DNA from: an uncultured Gammaproteobacteria bacterium
GTDB lineage: Bacteria > Patescibacteriota > Microgenomatia > Levybacterales > GWA1-39-11
Reading direction: 5' to 3'
Length of the DNA: 64,000 nt
Assembly (NCBI GenBank): GCA_964511965.1
Contig: CAZEGF010000006.1
Location: 18,015-82,014, forward strand
The notes below the pieces were generated by a model. That model had not been told where the DNA came from and did not search any database. It saw only the letters and a program-made list of their open reading frames with translations. A program made the position numbers and the translations under genes. Of the stretch, positions 46,935-56,293 are shown one piece after another. Each line of letters begins with the position of its first letter. The stretch's first letter is position 1.

Positions 46935-47882
46935 ATGAGAAAAAAGGTTGTATTTGTTGGTGGAGGAACCGGTGGATTTACAGTCCTTACAGGACTTCGG
47001 GCGTATGACTATGATCTTTCAGCGATCGTTAATATGGCAGATGATGGTGGATCAACAGGAGTACTTCGGGAAGAATTTGGAACACTACCGGCAGGGGACA
47101 TAAGACGCGCTCTCATTGCTCTTTCTGACAGCAACAAGAAAGTTTTGTCAGAATTGTTTAATTTCCGGTTTGAAGAAAGTTCTTCTCTTCACGGACACAG
47201 CATGGGGAATTTACTTCTAACCGCTCTTGAGAAAATTACCGGTGATTTTGGAAGTGCAGTAAAAGAAGCTGGCGAGGTTCTAAATATTGATGGAAAAGTA
47301 ATCCCGGTAACTTTAACCCCTACAACTCTTCATGCAACACTTACTGACGGGAAAGAAATAATTGGTGAGACAAATATAGATATTCCAAAGCATGATGGAA
47401 CTATAACTATTAAAAATGTATTTTTGGAGCCTGAAGTTAGCGTCAATCCAGAGGCTTTAAAGGCTTTAGGAGAAGCAGATTTTATCATTCTTGGTCCCGG
47501 AGACGTATATACGTCAATTATCCCAAATTTAATAATTCATGGAGTGTCTGATGCAATAAAAAATTCAAAGGCAAAGCTTATATATAACGTAAATATCATG
47601 ACGAAATTTGGAGAGACAAATGGATTTGCAGCATCAAGTTTTGTTTCGAAAATGGAAGAATTTGTCGGACCGGAAAGAATAGATGTTATTACAGTCAACA
47701 CTCAAAAACCAACAGGTGAAATTGTTGAAAGATATAAAGATGAGAAAGTAGAATTTGTTGAAAATGATTTGGGTGATGACCCAAGAGTAGTAACCGGGGA
47801 TTTTTTGAGAGATGGAAAGTTCCTACGTCACGATAGCGAGAAGTTAGCAAATGCACTGAGTGAGATAATAAGAAGCGTTTAG
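46935..47882 (+). CDS. YvcK/CofD-related gluconeogenesis factor family
   Basis: GGGTG, ADDGGSTGVLR, GHSMGNL, LGPGDVYTSIIPNL, RHDSEKLA. Confidence 0.92.
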   Translation: MRKKVVFVGGGTGGFTVLTGLRAYDYDLSAIVNMADDGGSTGVLREEFGTLPAGDIRRALIALSDSNKKVLSELFNFRFEESSSLHGHSMGNLLLTALEKITGDFGSAVKEAGEVLNIDGKVIPVTLTPTTLHATLTDGKEIIGETNIDIPKHDGTITIKNVFLEPEVSVNPEALKALGEADFIILGPGDVYTSIIPNLIIHGVSDAIKNSKAKLIYNVNIMTKFGETNGFAASSFVSKMEEFVGPERIDVITVNTQKPTGEIVERYKDEKVEFVENDLGDDPRVVTGDFLRDGKFLRHDSEKLANALSEIIRSV

Positions 47883-47899
47883 GGTTTAGTTAAATCAAT

Positions 47900-48520
47900 A
47901 TGGACAAAAAGGAGAAAGCGGAAAAAATTGTTAAAAAATTGAAGGAGTTGTTTCCTGATCCGAAAACTCCTTTAAAGCATAGCAACCCTTGGGAGTTGTA
48001 TGTTGCAGTTGCTCTTTCAGCACAACAAACAGATGTTGGAGTAAACAAAGTAACAGAATCGTTATTTAAAAAATATAAAAAATTAGATGATTATAGGAAG
48101 GCAACTTTAGAAGAATTCGAACAAGACATACGGTCCATTAACTTTTACAAAGGAAAAGCAAAGGCAATAAAAAAGGCCGCCGATATTGTTTCAGAACAAT
48201 ATAAAGGACAGATGCCTCAAAAAATGGAAGAATTGATTGCGCTTCCATTTATTGGAAGAAAAACCGCAAATGTAATTTTACAAGAAGCTTTTGGAATATC
48301 AGATGGTGTAGTTGTTGATACTCATGTTAAAAGATTGTCAAACTTGTTTGGTTTGTCTACTCAAAAAGACCCGGTAAAAATTGAGAAGGATCTGATGGAG
48401 TTATTGCCACAAAAAGATTGGCGCGGATTTGGTCTGGGTATGATTTATTATGGCCGGACTTATTGTAAGGCCAGTTGCAAACACACCGATTGCCCACTAA
48501 GAGAGTATATTAATATATGA
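47900..48520 (+). CDS. nth: endonuclease III
   Basis: LSAQQTDVGVNKVT, LPFIGRKTANVI, VVDTHVKRL. Confidence 0.93.
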   Translation: MDKKEKAEKIVKKLKELFPDPKTPLKHSNPWELYVAVALSAQQTDVGVNKVTESLFKKYKKLDDYRKATLEEFEQDIRSINFYKGKAKAIKKAADIVSEQYKGQMPQKMEELIALPFIGRKTANVILQEAFGISDGVVVDTHVKRLSNLFGLSTQKDPVKIEKDLMELLPQKDWRGFGLGMIYYGRTYCKASCKHTDCPLREYINI

Positions 48521-49176
48521 CTGATCAAATAAATGAGCAAGACCAAAACCTCAAAGATTTACTAGGATTTGATCCAAAAGATAATGGAGAAGGAGCTGTT
48601 TTGCCAGGTAAAACTTCAATTCCAAAGGATGTTCAGATTAAATTTTCAGAGACGGTACATTATAGTTTTAATGACGAGCGAATAGACCCTTCAAGACTTT
48701 TATTTGTAGCAAAAGATGGAGATATGGTAATAAGAGAATACTGGGCTTGGTCAAGAAATTCAGAAACAAGAGAGGTTGATTTAGTCCCAAACATTGCCCT
48801 TAGAATTACGGATGATGGAATAGCAATTGATTGGCCTACGGATGACTCTCATGGTTATACAATGCATAGAAATAATACGATGGTATTCTTTGGAGCCAAT
48901 GGGGTTGAAATTAATCTTCGTAATGAAGAGGGTGCTGACCCAATAAATATTGAATGGGATAGTGAAGGTAAATTAAAAAATGCGGGTAAATGGGATTATG
49001 GTCTTAAATTTGGTGATAGACAATATGATATTCCTAAACATTTAGATATCCAGGCAGTGAAAGATTTGAGGTTACCTGGGCCATTAGTAAAAGATCCTTT
49101 TAATGCACCGAGTGAATTTGATATTGCTTGGAAAACATCAAGCCCTTTGGAATTTATGGGTATTAAACCGGCTTAG
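48517..49176 (+). CDS. hypothetical protein
   Basis: 219 aa ORF, ATGA overlap with nth stop. Confidence 0.6.
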   Translation: MTDQINEQDQNLKDLLGFDPKDNGEGAVLPGKTSIPKDVQIKFSETVHYSFNDERIDPSRLLFVAKDGDMVIREYWAWSRNSETREVDLVPNIALRITDDGIAIDWPTDDSHGYTMHRNNTMVFFGANGVEINLRNEEGADPINIEWDSEGKLKNAGKWDYGLKFGDRQYDIPKHLDIQAVKDLRLPGPLVKDPFNAPSEFDIAWKTSSPLEFMGIKPA

Positions 49177-49180
49177 TAAA

Positions 49181-49477
49181 TTATTCTCTCCCTCGGTCTA
49201 AAGCATGAAGACCAATTAAAAATGCACCTGCACCTACAGAAATAAGAAGACCAATATCCTGCGGATTAAGATCTAATTCATTTTTTGGACCCATATCAGA
49301 ATCTATACCTGAATGTAGTACTTCAGCATTCTCAGTTTGTAATCGTGTATGGTGATCCGGAATTGAGTTTATTTCATCAATTGTGTAACAAACACTACTC
49401 GTAAGTACCGCAAATCCAGCAACGTACCCAGCGGCAGTAAGAACATCTCTTTTTGAACTTTTAAATCTTTCAAGCAT
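49181..49477 (-). CDS. hypothetical two-TM protein
   Basis: two hydrophobic segments; TACAAT 6 nt before ATG 49477. Confidence 0.55.
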   Translation of the reverse strand: MLERFKSSKRDVLTAAGYVAGFAVLTSSVCYTIDEINSIPDHHTRLQTENAEVLHSGIDSDMGPKNELDLNPQDIGLLISVGAGAFLIGLHALDRGRE

Positions 49478-49558
49478 AGGCGAATTGTACCAAAAATTGT
49501 TAAGTTCTTGTGAGGTTATTATCAAGCCTCAAATGAAGCTTAGCCCTATACTGCAACT

Positions 49559-51067
49559 ATGGAAAACATGAATGGGGGATCAGCTCCAACAATGAGTTCG
49601 GGACCAGCGCCTAGCCAAGGGTCAAGTCCTACAACAGGAATTGAAATAAATTCAAATTTCAAAGGCGACGGATTTTCTTCTAAAGGACTTTCAATGTTCA
49701 AAGACATCGGAAAATTTGACGCACCAAAACCCATGATTGATATATCAAATACCTCATTTGAAAGTCACACAAAACCTCATGCTGAAATTCCAAAACAAGA
49801 AACTGCGAAAAAGGATTCAATTATAGACATCAACCATGGAAGAGAAGAGCCAAAATCTATGTTCAAAGATATTGGACATTTCGATACATCAAATCCAATG
49901 ATTGATATCTCAAGACCATACGATCATATGCCGGAAGTATCGCATCAAAATACAACCGAACCAATTCCCCAAAAAGAAGAATTCAAAACACCTATAATGC
50001 ACGAGTTAAAACCTAACAAAGCTGAAGAAGTTCAAAAAGAAACGCGTACTGAATTTGAAACACCCACTCACACAGAGGTTGATTCAAAACCTGAAGTTCA
50101 ACCAGAAGTCAGAACAGAGTTTGACCATGCTACAAAAGAAGAGCCGCAGACTGAGGCATTACCACAAGTAAAAACAGAAACCAAAACCGAGGATCAACCG
50201 GAAGTTCAGTCATATCCAGAACCAGAAGTAAGAATAAGTCCTCAGACCAAAACAGAAGTTTTGCCAAAAACCGAAACCCAGCCAGAGGTTTCGACTAAAA
50301 CAGAGACTAAAACAGAAACTAAAACAGAAACCGCAGCAGAGACTTTGCTGGCTCCAACACTTGCCAAAGAACAAAAAATTTCTTTAAAAAAAGCAAAAGT
50401 TGCTGTCAAAAAAGCAGTAAGAAAAGTACTTAAAAAAGAAGAAAAAACAGAAACAAAAAGTGAAAGTAAAACTGAAAAAAAGAAAAAACAAACTTTGGAA
50501 GAAAAAGCTCAGGAACTTTTTGAAAAAAGAAGACAAGAAGTTGAAGAAAAAGAAAAAGAAGAAAAGGAAAAAGGGCAACAAGATGAAATTCTCTATTTTG
50601 AAAAAGATAAGAAAGTTAATACATACCGCACAATGGTGGCCACGTTAGCGGCTCAAAGAATACATGAAAATGGAGAAGAAATAACCGGTAAAAATTTAGC
50701 CGATGCGATCTCATCAAATATTTTGCAGGGAGACAGTAGTGAAGTTGTGCAAGGAGTACAGGATGATATGTCAGCAGACAAAGTAATAGACGAAATTTCA
50801 AAAATAGGGACAATCAAAGATAACCATACGTTACACCGGGTAATCCGAGAAATTACAGACAGATATACTGCGATCAAACTTTCATTTAAGAAAAATACTG
50901 ATGCAAAAAAAGAAGATGCAGAGCGGGTTTATGGGAAAACTTTAGACCAAGTGGGGGCAAATTTTAGAGAAGACAAATCAAGGGGTGAGATAGTTGAGGA
51001 AAAAAATGGAACTTTAGTTTATTACACAAATAAAGCTTACCAAGAGTACGACGTCCAATCCGCTTAA
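49559..51067 (+). CDS. hypothetical low-complexity Glu/Lys/Thr/Pro-rich protein
   Basis: 502 aa; duplicated SMFKDIG.FD...PMIDIS motif, TETK repeats. Confidence 0.7.
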   Translation: MENMNGGSAPTMSSGPAPSQGSSPTTGIEINSNFKGDGFSSKGLSMFKDIGKFDAPKPMIDISNTSFESHTKPHAEIPKQETAKKDSIIDINHGREEPKSMFKDIGHFDTSNPMIDISRPYDHMPEVSHQNTTEPIPQKEEFKTPIMHELKPNKAEEVQKETRTEFETPTHTEVDSKPEVQPEVRTEFDHATKEEPQTEALPQVKTETKTEDQPEVQSYPEPEVRISPQTKTEVLPKTETQPEVSTKTETKTETKTETAAETLLAPTLAKEQKISLKKAKVAVKKAVRKVLKKEEKTETKSESKTEKKKKQTLEEKAQELFEKRRQEVEEKEKEEKEKGQQDEILYFEKDKKVNTYRTMVATLAAQRIHENGEEITGKNLADAISSNILQGDSSEVVQGVQDDMSADKVIDEISKIGTIKDNHTLHRVIREITDRYTAIKLSFKKNTDAKKEDAERVYGKTLDQVGANFREDKSRGEIVEEKNGTLVYYTNKAYQEYDVQSA

Positions 51068-51122
51068 GATTTTTTACCCAACCTCGAGTTTTTTACCTCA
51101 ATCTGATACAATACTTTCTACT

Positions 51123-52955
51123 ATGACAGCTTCTGATATTTTAAATAAGTATATTTCATTTTTTGAAAAAAGAGGGCATACTCGGATTGAAAATAGTTCT
51201 CTTGTTCCGCTCAATGATCCTTCCACTTTGTTCACCTCTTCTGGCATGCAACCACTAGTTCCGTTTCTTTTGGGTGAAACACACCCATCTGGTATAAGAT
51301 TGGTAAACGCACAGAATTGTTTTCGCGCACAAGATATAGATGAAATTGGAGACAACAGACATACCACATTTTTTCGAATGCTTGGTAATTGGTCATTAGG
51401 AGATTATTTTAAAAAAGAACAGATTCCATTCTTTTTCGAATTCTTAACATCAGAACTAGGACTTGATCCACAAAAATTATTCGTTACGGTTTTTGAGGGA
51501 AACAGTATTATTCCAAAAGACTCAGAGAGCATTGAGATTTGGCAAAGTTTATTTAAGGAAAAAGGTATAGACGCAAAAGTTGGTGAAAGGATTTTTGAAT
51601 ATGGGGACACAAAAAACTGGTGGTCAAGATCTGGCACTCCGGACAAGATGCCTATTGGTGAGCCGGGAGGTCCTGATAGTGAAGTGTTTTACGACTTTGG
51701 TGAAGAGTTAAAAATTCACGAGAACAGTGAATTTAAAACAGAAAAATGTCACGTCAATTGTGATTGTGGAAGATATATGGAAATTGGAAATTCTGTTTTT
51801 ATGCAATACATAAAGACAGAGAACGGATTTGAAAAATTACCAAAACAAAATGTAGATTTTGGTGGAGGGCTTGAACGCCTTGTTGCTGCAACTGAAAACA
51901 AGAATGATGTTTTTGAGACCAGTCTGTTCTTCCCGATTATTTCAACAATTAGTTCGGAAACGAATAAAAAATACGAAGATCACGCAAAGGAGATGAGAAT
52001 AGTTCTAGACCACTTTTTAGCCGCTACTTTTATATCATCAAACGGGGTCACGCCATCCAATAAAGAACAGGGGTACATTCTCCGCCGTTTGATAAGACGC
52101 GGACTTGATAATTTTTATCTTTTAGATGGTAAAGATGTCTCAAAAGTTTTAGAAAAGATAGTTGATCAATACAAAGAAACTGACCAATATTTAGTTGAAA
52201 AGTTCCAACATATCAAAAACACAATACTGGAAGAAGAGGAGTCGTATCAAAGAGCACTTGCCGGGGGAAAGAAGTTGATCGAAAAAGAAATCGCAAAAAT
52301 TAATGAAGAAGTTACAGTTGGAGATGAATTAATGGGTGTGACATTAATTTCTGCAGATGTAGCATTTAAAGCTATTACATCATTTGGATTAGGTCCTACT
52401 CAGCTTGAAAGTCTTGGTTACTCTTTCGACAAGCAAGCTTTAGCGGAACTTATAAAACAACATCAAGATTTATCCCGTGCCGGAGCACAGCAAAAATTTG
52501 CAGGAGGACTGGCAGATCACGAAGAATTAACTGTTAAAGGGCATACGGCAACACATTTATTACATCAAGCATTACGGGATGTATTGGGTGAAAGTGCCTA
52601 TCAGACAGGTAGCAATATAACGACAGAACGCGTACGCTTCGACTTTACTTTCGACCGGAAGTTAACTGAAAAAGAAATCGCAAGAGTTACTGAAATTGTA
52701 AGAAAAAAAATAAAAGAAGATCTTCCAGTGCATTTTGAAATCATGCCTCTTAAGAAAGCAAAAGATTTAGGGGCAATTGGGCTTTTTGATGAAAAATACG
52801 GAAATGACGTAAAAATATATTTTATTGGGGACTACTCTATCGAGTTTTGTGGGGGACCACACGTAGAACACACTGCACAGATAGCGAGTTTTGATATACT
52901 AAAAGAAGAAGGCGTTGCGCGCGGTGTCCGTCGTATCTACGCCAAAGTAAGTTGA
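51123..52955 (+). CDS. alaS: alanine--tRNA ligase (short form lacking C-Ala domain)
   Basis: DPSTLFTSSGMQP, HTTFFRMLGNWSLGDYFK, HTATHLLH, EFCGGPHV, GVRRI. Confidence 0.96.
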   Translation: MTASDILNKYISFFEKRGHTRIENSSLVPLNDPSTLFTSSGMQPLVPFLLGETHPSGIRLVNAQNCFRAQDIDEIGDNRHTTFFRMLGNWSLGDYFKKEQIPFFFEFLTSELGLDPQKLFVTVFEGNSIIPKDSESIEIWQSLFKEKGIDAKVGERIFEYGDTKNWWSRSGTPDKMPIGEPGGPDSEVFYDFGEELKIHENSEFKTEKCHVNCDCGRYMEIGNSVFMQYIKTENGFEKLPKQNVDFGGGLERLVAATENKNDVFETSLFFPIISTISSETNKKYEDHAKEMRIVLDHFLAATFISSNGVTPSNKEQGYILRRLIRRGLDNFYLLDGKDVSKVLEKIVDQYKETDQYLVEKFQHIKNTILEEEESYQRALAGGKKLIEKEIAKINEEVTVGDELMGVTLISADVAFKAITSFGLGPTQLESLGYSFDKQALAELIKQHQDLSRAGAQQKFAGGLADHEELTVKGHTATHLLHQALRDVLGESAYQTGSNITTERVRFDFTFDRKLTEKEIARVTEIVRKKIKEDLPVHFEIMPLKKAKDLGAIGLFDEKYGNDVKIYFIGDYSIEFCGGPHVEHTAQIASFDILKEEGVARGVRRIYAKVS

Positions 52956-53031
52956 TGGCTGATGTCTAATGTCTGATGGTTAATAAAAATAATCTGATTC
53001 ATTAATCATTGACCATAAATCATTAATCATT
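52953..53031. repeat. heptamer-period inverted array
   Basis: TGATGGC TGATGTC TAATGTC TGATGGT ... AATCATT GACCATA AATCATT AATCATT. Confidence 0.65.
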
Positions 53032-53036
53032 TACTC

Positions 53037-55298
53037 ATGAAGCTGCCTGCTATACCATTTTTAACAAAGAGTGTAAATACCGAGTTTTTTCTTGCGTTAA
53101 TTTTTGAAACAGACAAGGTAAGCTCTATACTTTTTAAAGAACAAGAAAAAACCCTTGTTATTTTAGGGTCTTCAGAAGCCCCCCTTGATCTTGAAGCATC
53201 TTCAACTGAAGATCTTGTAGTTTCTTGTGACAATGTAATCTCACGAATTGAAATGAGTCTTCCTGATGGTGCAAATCTTGAAAAAACGATATTTGCAGTA
53301 CCACATTCTTGGGTAGAGGATGGAAAAATAAAAGCAGAACGTCTAGCCCAACTTAAAAAAATCAGTACTGAGCTGGCTCTAACTCCAATGGGTTTTATTA
53401 TTTCAATCGAAGCAATTGTTGCCTTTTTGCAGAAAAAGGAAGGCGCACCGGTAAGCGGAATTTTTGTTGAAATATCTGAAAAATATTTAACAGCATTTAT
53501 TGTCAGAAGTGGAAACATAATTGATATTAAGAATGGAATGATTGACGGTACTGTAGAGGAAACGGTTGAGAAACTTTTGGGACAAGTGACAAAGTTAGAT
53601 GTTCTGCCTTCAAAAATAGTTCTTCTTCACAATAAAGAAGCAGAAGCAGTATCTCAAAAATTCCTCTCACATCATTGGACAAAAGAACTTCCTTTTATGC
53701 ACTTGCCGCAGGTTGCAATATTGGAGAAAGGCTTTGAGAACGAAGCAATCATTAATGGTGTAGCGACACAGTTAAATGTCACTATAAAGGGGGACATTGA
53801 TATTAGGACTTCCGAAGTTGTTGATGACAATAACCCATCAATAGAAATCACTTCAGATGACACATTTGGGTTTATTCAAGATGAGGACGTTGCTAAAAAA
53901 CCTCAAAAAGAAGAGAAAGAGATAAGTCCAAGAAAAGATATTCCGGTTTTTGCAGAAGACACAGATGGAAAAATTGAACCGATAATTAAACATCATGATG
54001 TAGAGCGCGTTGAACGAAGTGGCGAGGAAGTTTTTGAAGAAGATATGCCCGTTGAAGAAGACACAATGGAGCAGAAAAAAGGATTACCGCGTTTTGGAAT
54101 TATAAGTTCAGTTTCAGCTCTATTTACGCCAGAAGCATTTGCAAAAGTTCCAAAAATAATTGGTGGCGGCCGTAAATTAATTATCCCTCTTATTGCTCTT
54201 ATTGCTGTAATTTTAATTCTTATTGCCTATTATTCATTTATTTTGAAGGCTAGTGTTATCGTTTTTACCGATAAGAAAGCATTTGCACAAGATTCAATGG
54301 ATATATCGTTAACATCAAAAGGAGAGTCATCTTTTTCTGACAAAACATTGAAAATCTCAACGCTAGATGAAGAAGTGAGTGGGGAGGAAACTCAGGAAAC
54401 AACCGGCCAGAAAGATACGGGACAAAAAGCAACAGGAACAATAACGATTTTTAATAAAACTGAAGGGCCAAAACAATTGGATAAAGGTACAACTGTTATT
54501 TCTTCAAATAATTTGGAATTTACTCTCAACGATAATGTAAATATCGCCTCAACGAGCTCTTTTGCAACATCATTTTCAAATGCGAGTGCAAAAGTTACTG
54601 CTTCAAGTTTTGGAAAAGAATACAATATTCCTTCTCAGACAAATTTCACAATTAAGGGAATATCCACCTCTGATGTTTTTGGGAGGAATGAAGCTGCATT
54701 TTCGGGTGGTACAAAAGAAGAGATCCAGGTAGTTTCTGCTAAGGACTTAAAGGGGTTGCAGGATACCGTTACAAAAAGACTTTTTGAAAAAGCAAAAAGT
54801 GAGGCTGCTTCAAAGCTTTCAGCTGATGAAGCATTAGTACCAGTCTATTTATCAGCAGATTTCAAGGATAAAACATTTGATAAAAAGGAAAATGATCAAG
54901 CTAAAAATGTGAAACTAACTGCTACTGTCGATTACACATTAGGAATTTACAAAAAAGAAGAGCTTACTAAATTTATTTCATCATCAAAAGACTTTAATGT
55001 TCCAAAAGATTTCAAACTTTCGGTTGATGAAAGTACAATAAATATTTCAGATATTAAACAAAACAAAGATGATATAAGTGCAAAACTATCATATAACGCT
55101 GTGTTTAAACCAGAATTTGATGAAAAAACTATTCCATCTGAAATTTCCGGGAAAAGTGAGAGTAGTGCTATTAATAAATTAAAGACAACTCCGGGAGTAT
55201 CTGATGCGACAATTGTATTTAGTAATAAAATTCCCTTCTTGCCAGTATTTGTTCCGTTTAACAAGGGAAATATTACTGTTAGTATCAAGTCACAATAA
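53037..55298 (+). CDS. bitopic membrane protein: actin/FtsA-like N-terminal region, TM, baseplate-J-like extracellular region
   Basis: TM near residue 385; KATGTITIFNKT..G..F.L, A...GKEYNI, FSGGT motifs typical of CPR baseplate J-like proteins; domain calls by recall. Confidence 0.55.
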   Translation: MKLPAIPFLTKSVNTEFFLALIFETDKVSSILFKEQEKTLVILGSSEAPLDLEASSTEDLVVSCDNVISRIEMSLPDGANLEKTIFAVPHSWVEDGKIKAERLAQLKKISTELALTPMGFIISIEAIVAFLQKKEGAPVSGIFVEISEKYLTAFIVRSGNIIDIKNGMIDGTVEETVEKLLGQVTKLDVLPSKIVLLHNKEAEAVSQKFLSHHWTKELPFMHLPQVAILEKGFENEAIINGVATQLNVTIKGDIDIRTSEVVDDNNPSIEITSDDTFGFIQDEDVAKKPQKEEKEISPRKDIPVFAEDTDGKIEPIIKHHDVERVERSGEEVFEEDMPVEEDTMEQKKGLPRFGIISSVSALFTPEAFAKVPKIIGGGRKLIIPLIALIAVILILIAYYSFILKASVIVFTDKKAFAQDSMDISLTSKGESSFSDKTLKISTLDEEVSGEETQETTGQKDTGQKATGTITIFNKTEGPKQLDKGTTVISSNNLEFTLNDNVNIASTSSFATSFSNASAKVTASSFGKEYNIPSQTNFTIKGISTSDVFGRNEAAFSGGTKEEIQVVSAKDLKGLQDTVTKRLFEKAKSEAASKLSADEALVPVYLSADFKDKTFDKKENDQAKNVKLTATVDYTLGIYKKEELTKFISSSKDFNVPKDFKLSVDESTINISDIKQNKDDISAKLSYNAVFKPEFDEKTIPSEISGKSESSAINKLKTTPGVSDATIVFSNKIPFLPVFVPFNKGNITVSIKSQ

Positions 55299-55307
55299 AA
55301 ATAGATA

Positions 55308-56039
55308 ATGCATAGATACTCATACGGAACAAATAACCTCTTCTCTCGCAAGAATACAAAAAAAATTCTTGGAATTTTTAGTATTAGTCTTGGTGTTATT
55401 ACACTTCTATATTTTTTCTTTCCTCTTCTTTCTTACCAACTGTATTTGTCATCAGCATTTGCTCAAAGTGACATAACAGCCCCTTTGCCTCAACGTTTTG
55501 TTCTCGGTACTGGAGGGTCGATTGGTGGACTTTTTACATCAGGAATTTCTAATGTAACTTCTGACTATAAAGATGCGAGAAATTGGTTTCCTCAAATTAA
55601 AAAACAAAGTACGAGCAGTCAAAAAGTTACAGAATATGAATTTTCGATTCCTTCACAGAGGATTTCGCACATGAAAGTGTCAACCGTAGACTTTGATCTT
55701 TCAAAACATTTAGTTCAGTACTTCTCAACTTCTAAAAGCCCCATTGATCATGGAACATCTGTTATTTTTGGCCATTCAACTCTACCTCAATGGTTTGATC
55801 CCACAAACTACATGACCATTTTTGCCCATATGCATCTGATTAAAAATGATGATGATGTGGTTCTGACTTTAAATGGTAAAGACTATCATTACAAAGTATT
55901 TTCTATTTCTGTAGTAGATTCAAAAGATCCAAATATTTTCGCTCAAAGTTATGATAATAGTTACATTACAATTATTACTTGTACACCACCCGGCACTACT
56001 TGGAAAAGGTTGGTAGTTAGAGCAGCGCTACAGAATTAG
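55308..56039 (+). CDS. sortase
   Basis: TM anchor, VIFGHSTLP (His), ITCTPPGT (Cys), KRLVV (Arg). Confidence 0.88.
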   Translation: MHRYSYGTNNLFSRKNTKKILGIFSISLGVITLLYFFFPLLSYQLYLSSAFAQSDITAPLPQRFVLGTGGSIGGLFTSGISNVTSDYKDARNWFPQIKKQSTSSQKVTEYEFSIPSQRISHMKVSTVDFDLSKHLVQYFSTSKSPIDHGTSVIFGHSTLPQWFDPTNYMTIFAHMHLIKNDDDVVLTLNGKDYHYKVFSISVVDSKDPNIFAQSYDNSYITIITCTPPGTTWKRLVVRAALQN

Positions 56040-56075
56040 GGTTTGGCATTTAGTTGATAGCGTTTAGTAAAAAAT

Positions 56076-56291
56076 ATGGATGGACAAGAAACTATTCAAC
56101 AACAAACTCAGGAGGAAGTACAGTTAGCGCGGTCGTATAGACTTCAAGTTTGGAAAGATGCGATATACCGGTTTTTTTACAATATCTGGCCGTCAGTGTA
56201 TCAGTTTTTAACAGGATTTTTTTATCTTATGTTTAGAATTATCCGTGGGTTTTTTAGATCCGCAATGGAATCTTTGAAAGGAGGAGGGTAA
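56076..56291 (+). CDS. small hypothetical protein
   Basis: 71 aa ORF in a tightly packed operon; its end supplies GGAGG for the next gene. Confidence 0.55.
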   Translation: MDGQETIQQQTQEEVQLARSYRLQVWKDAIYRFFYNIWPSVYQFLTGFFYLMFRIIRGFFRSAMESLKGGG

Positions 56292-56293
56292 GT

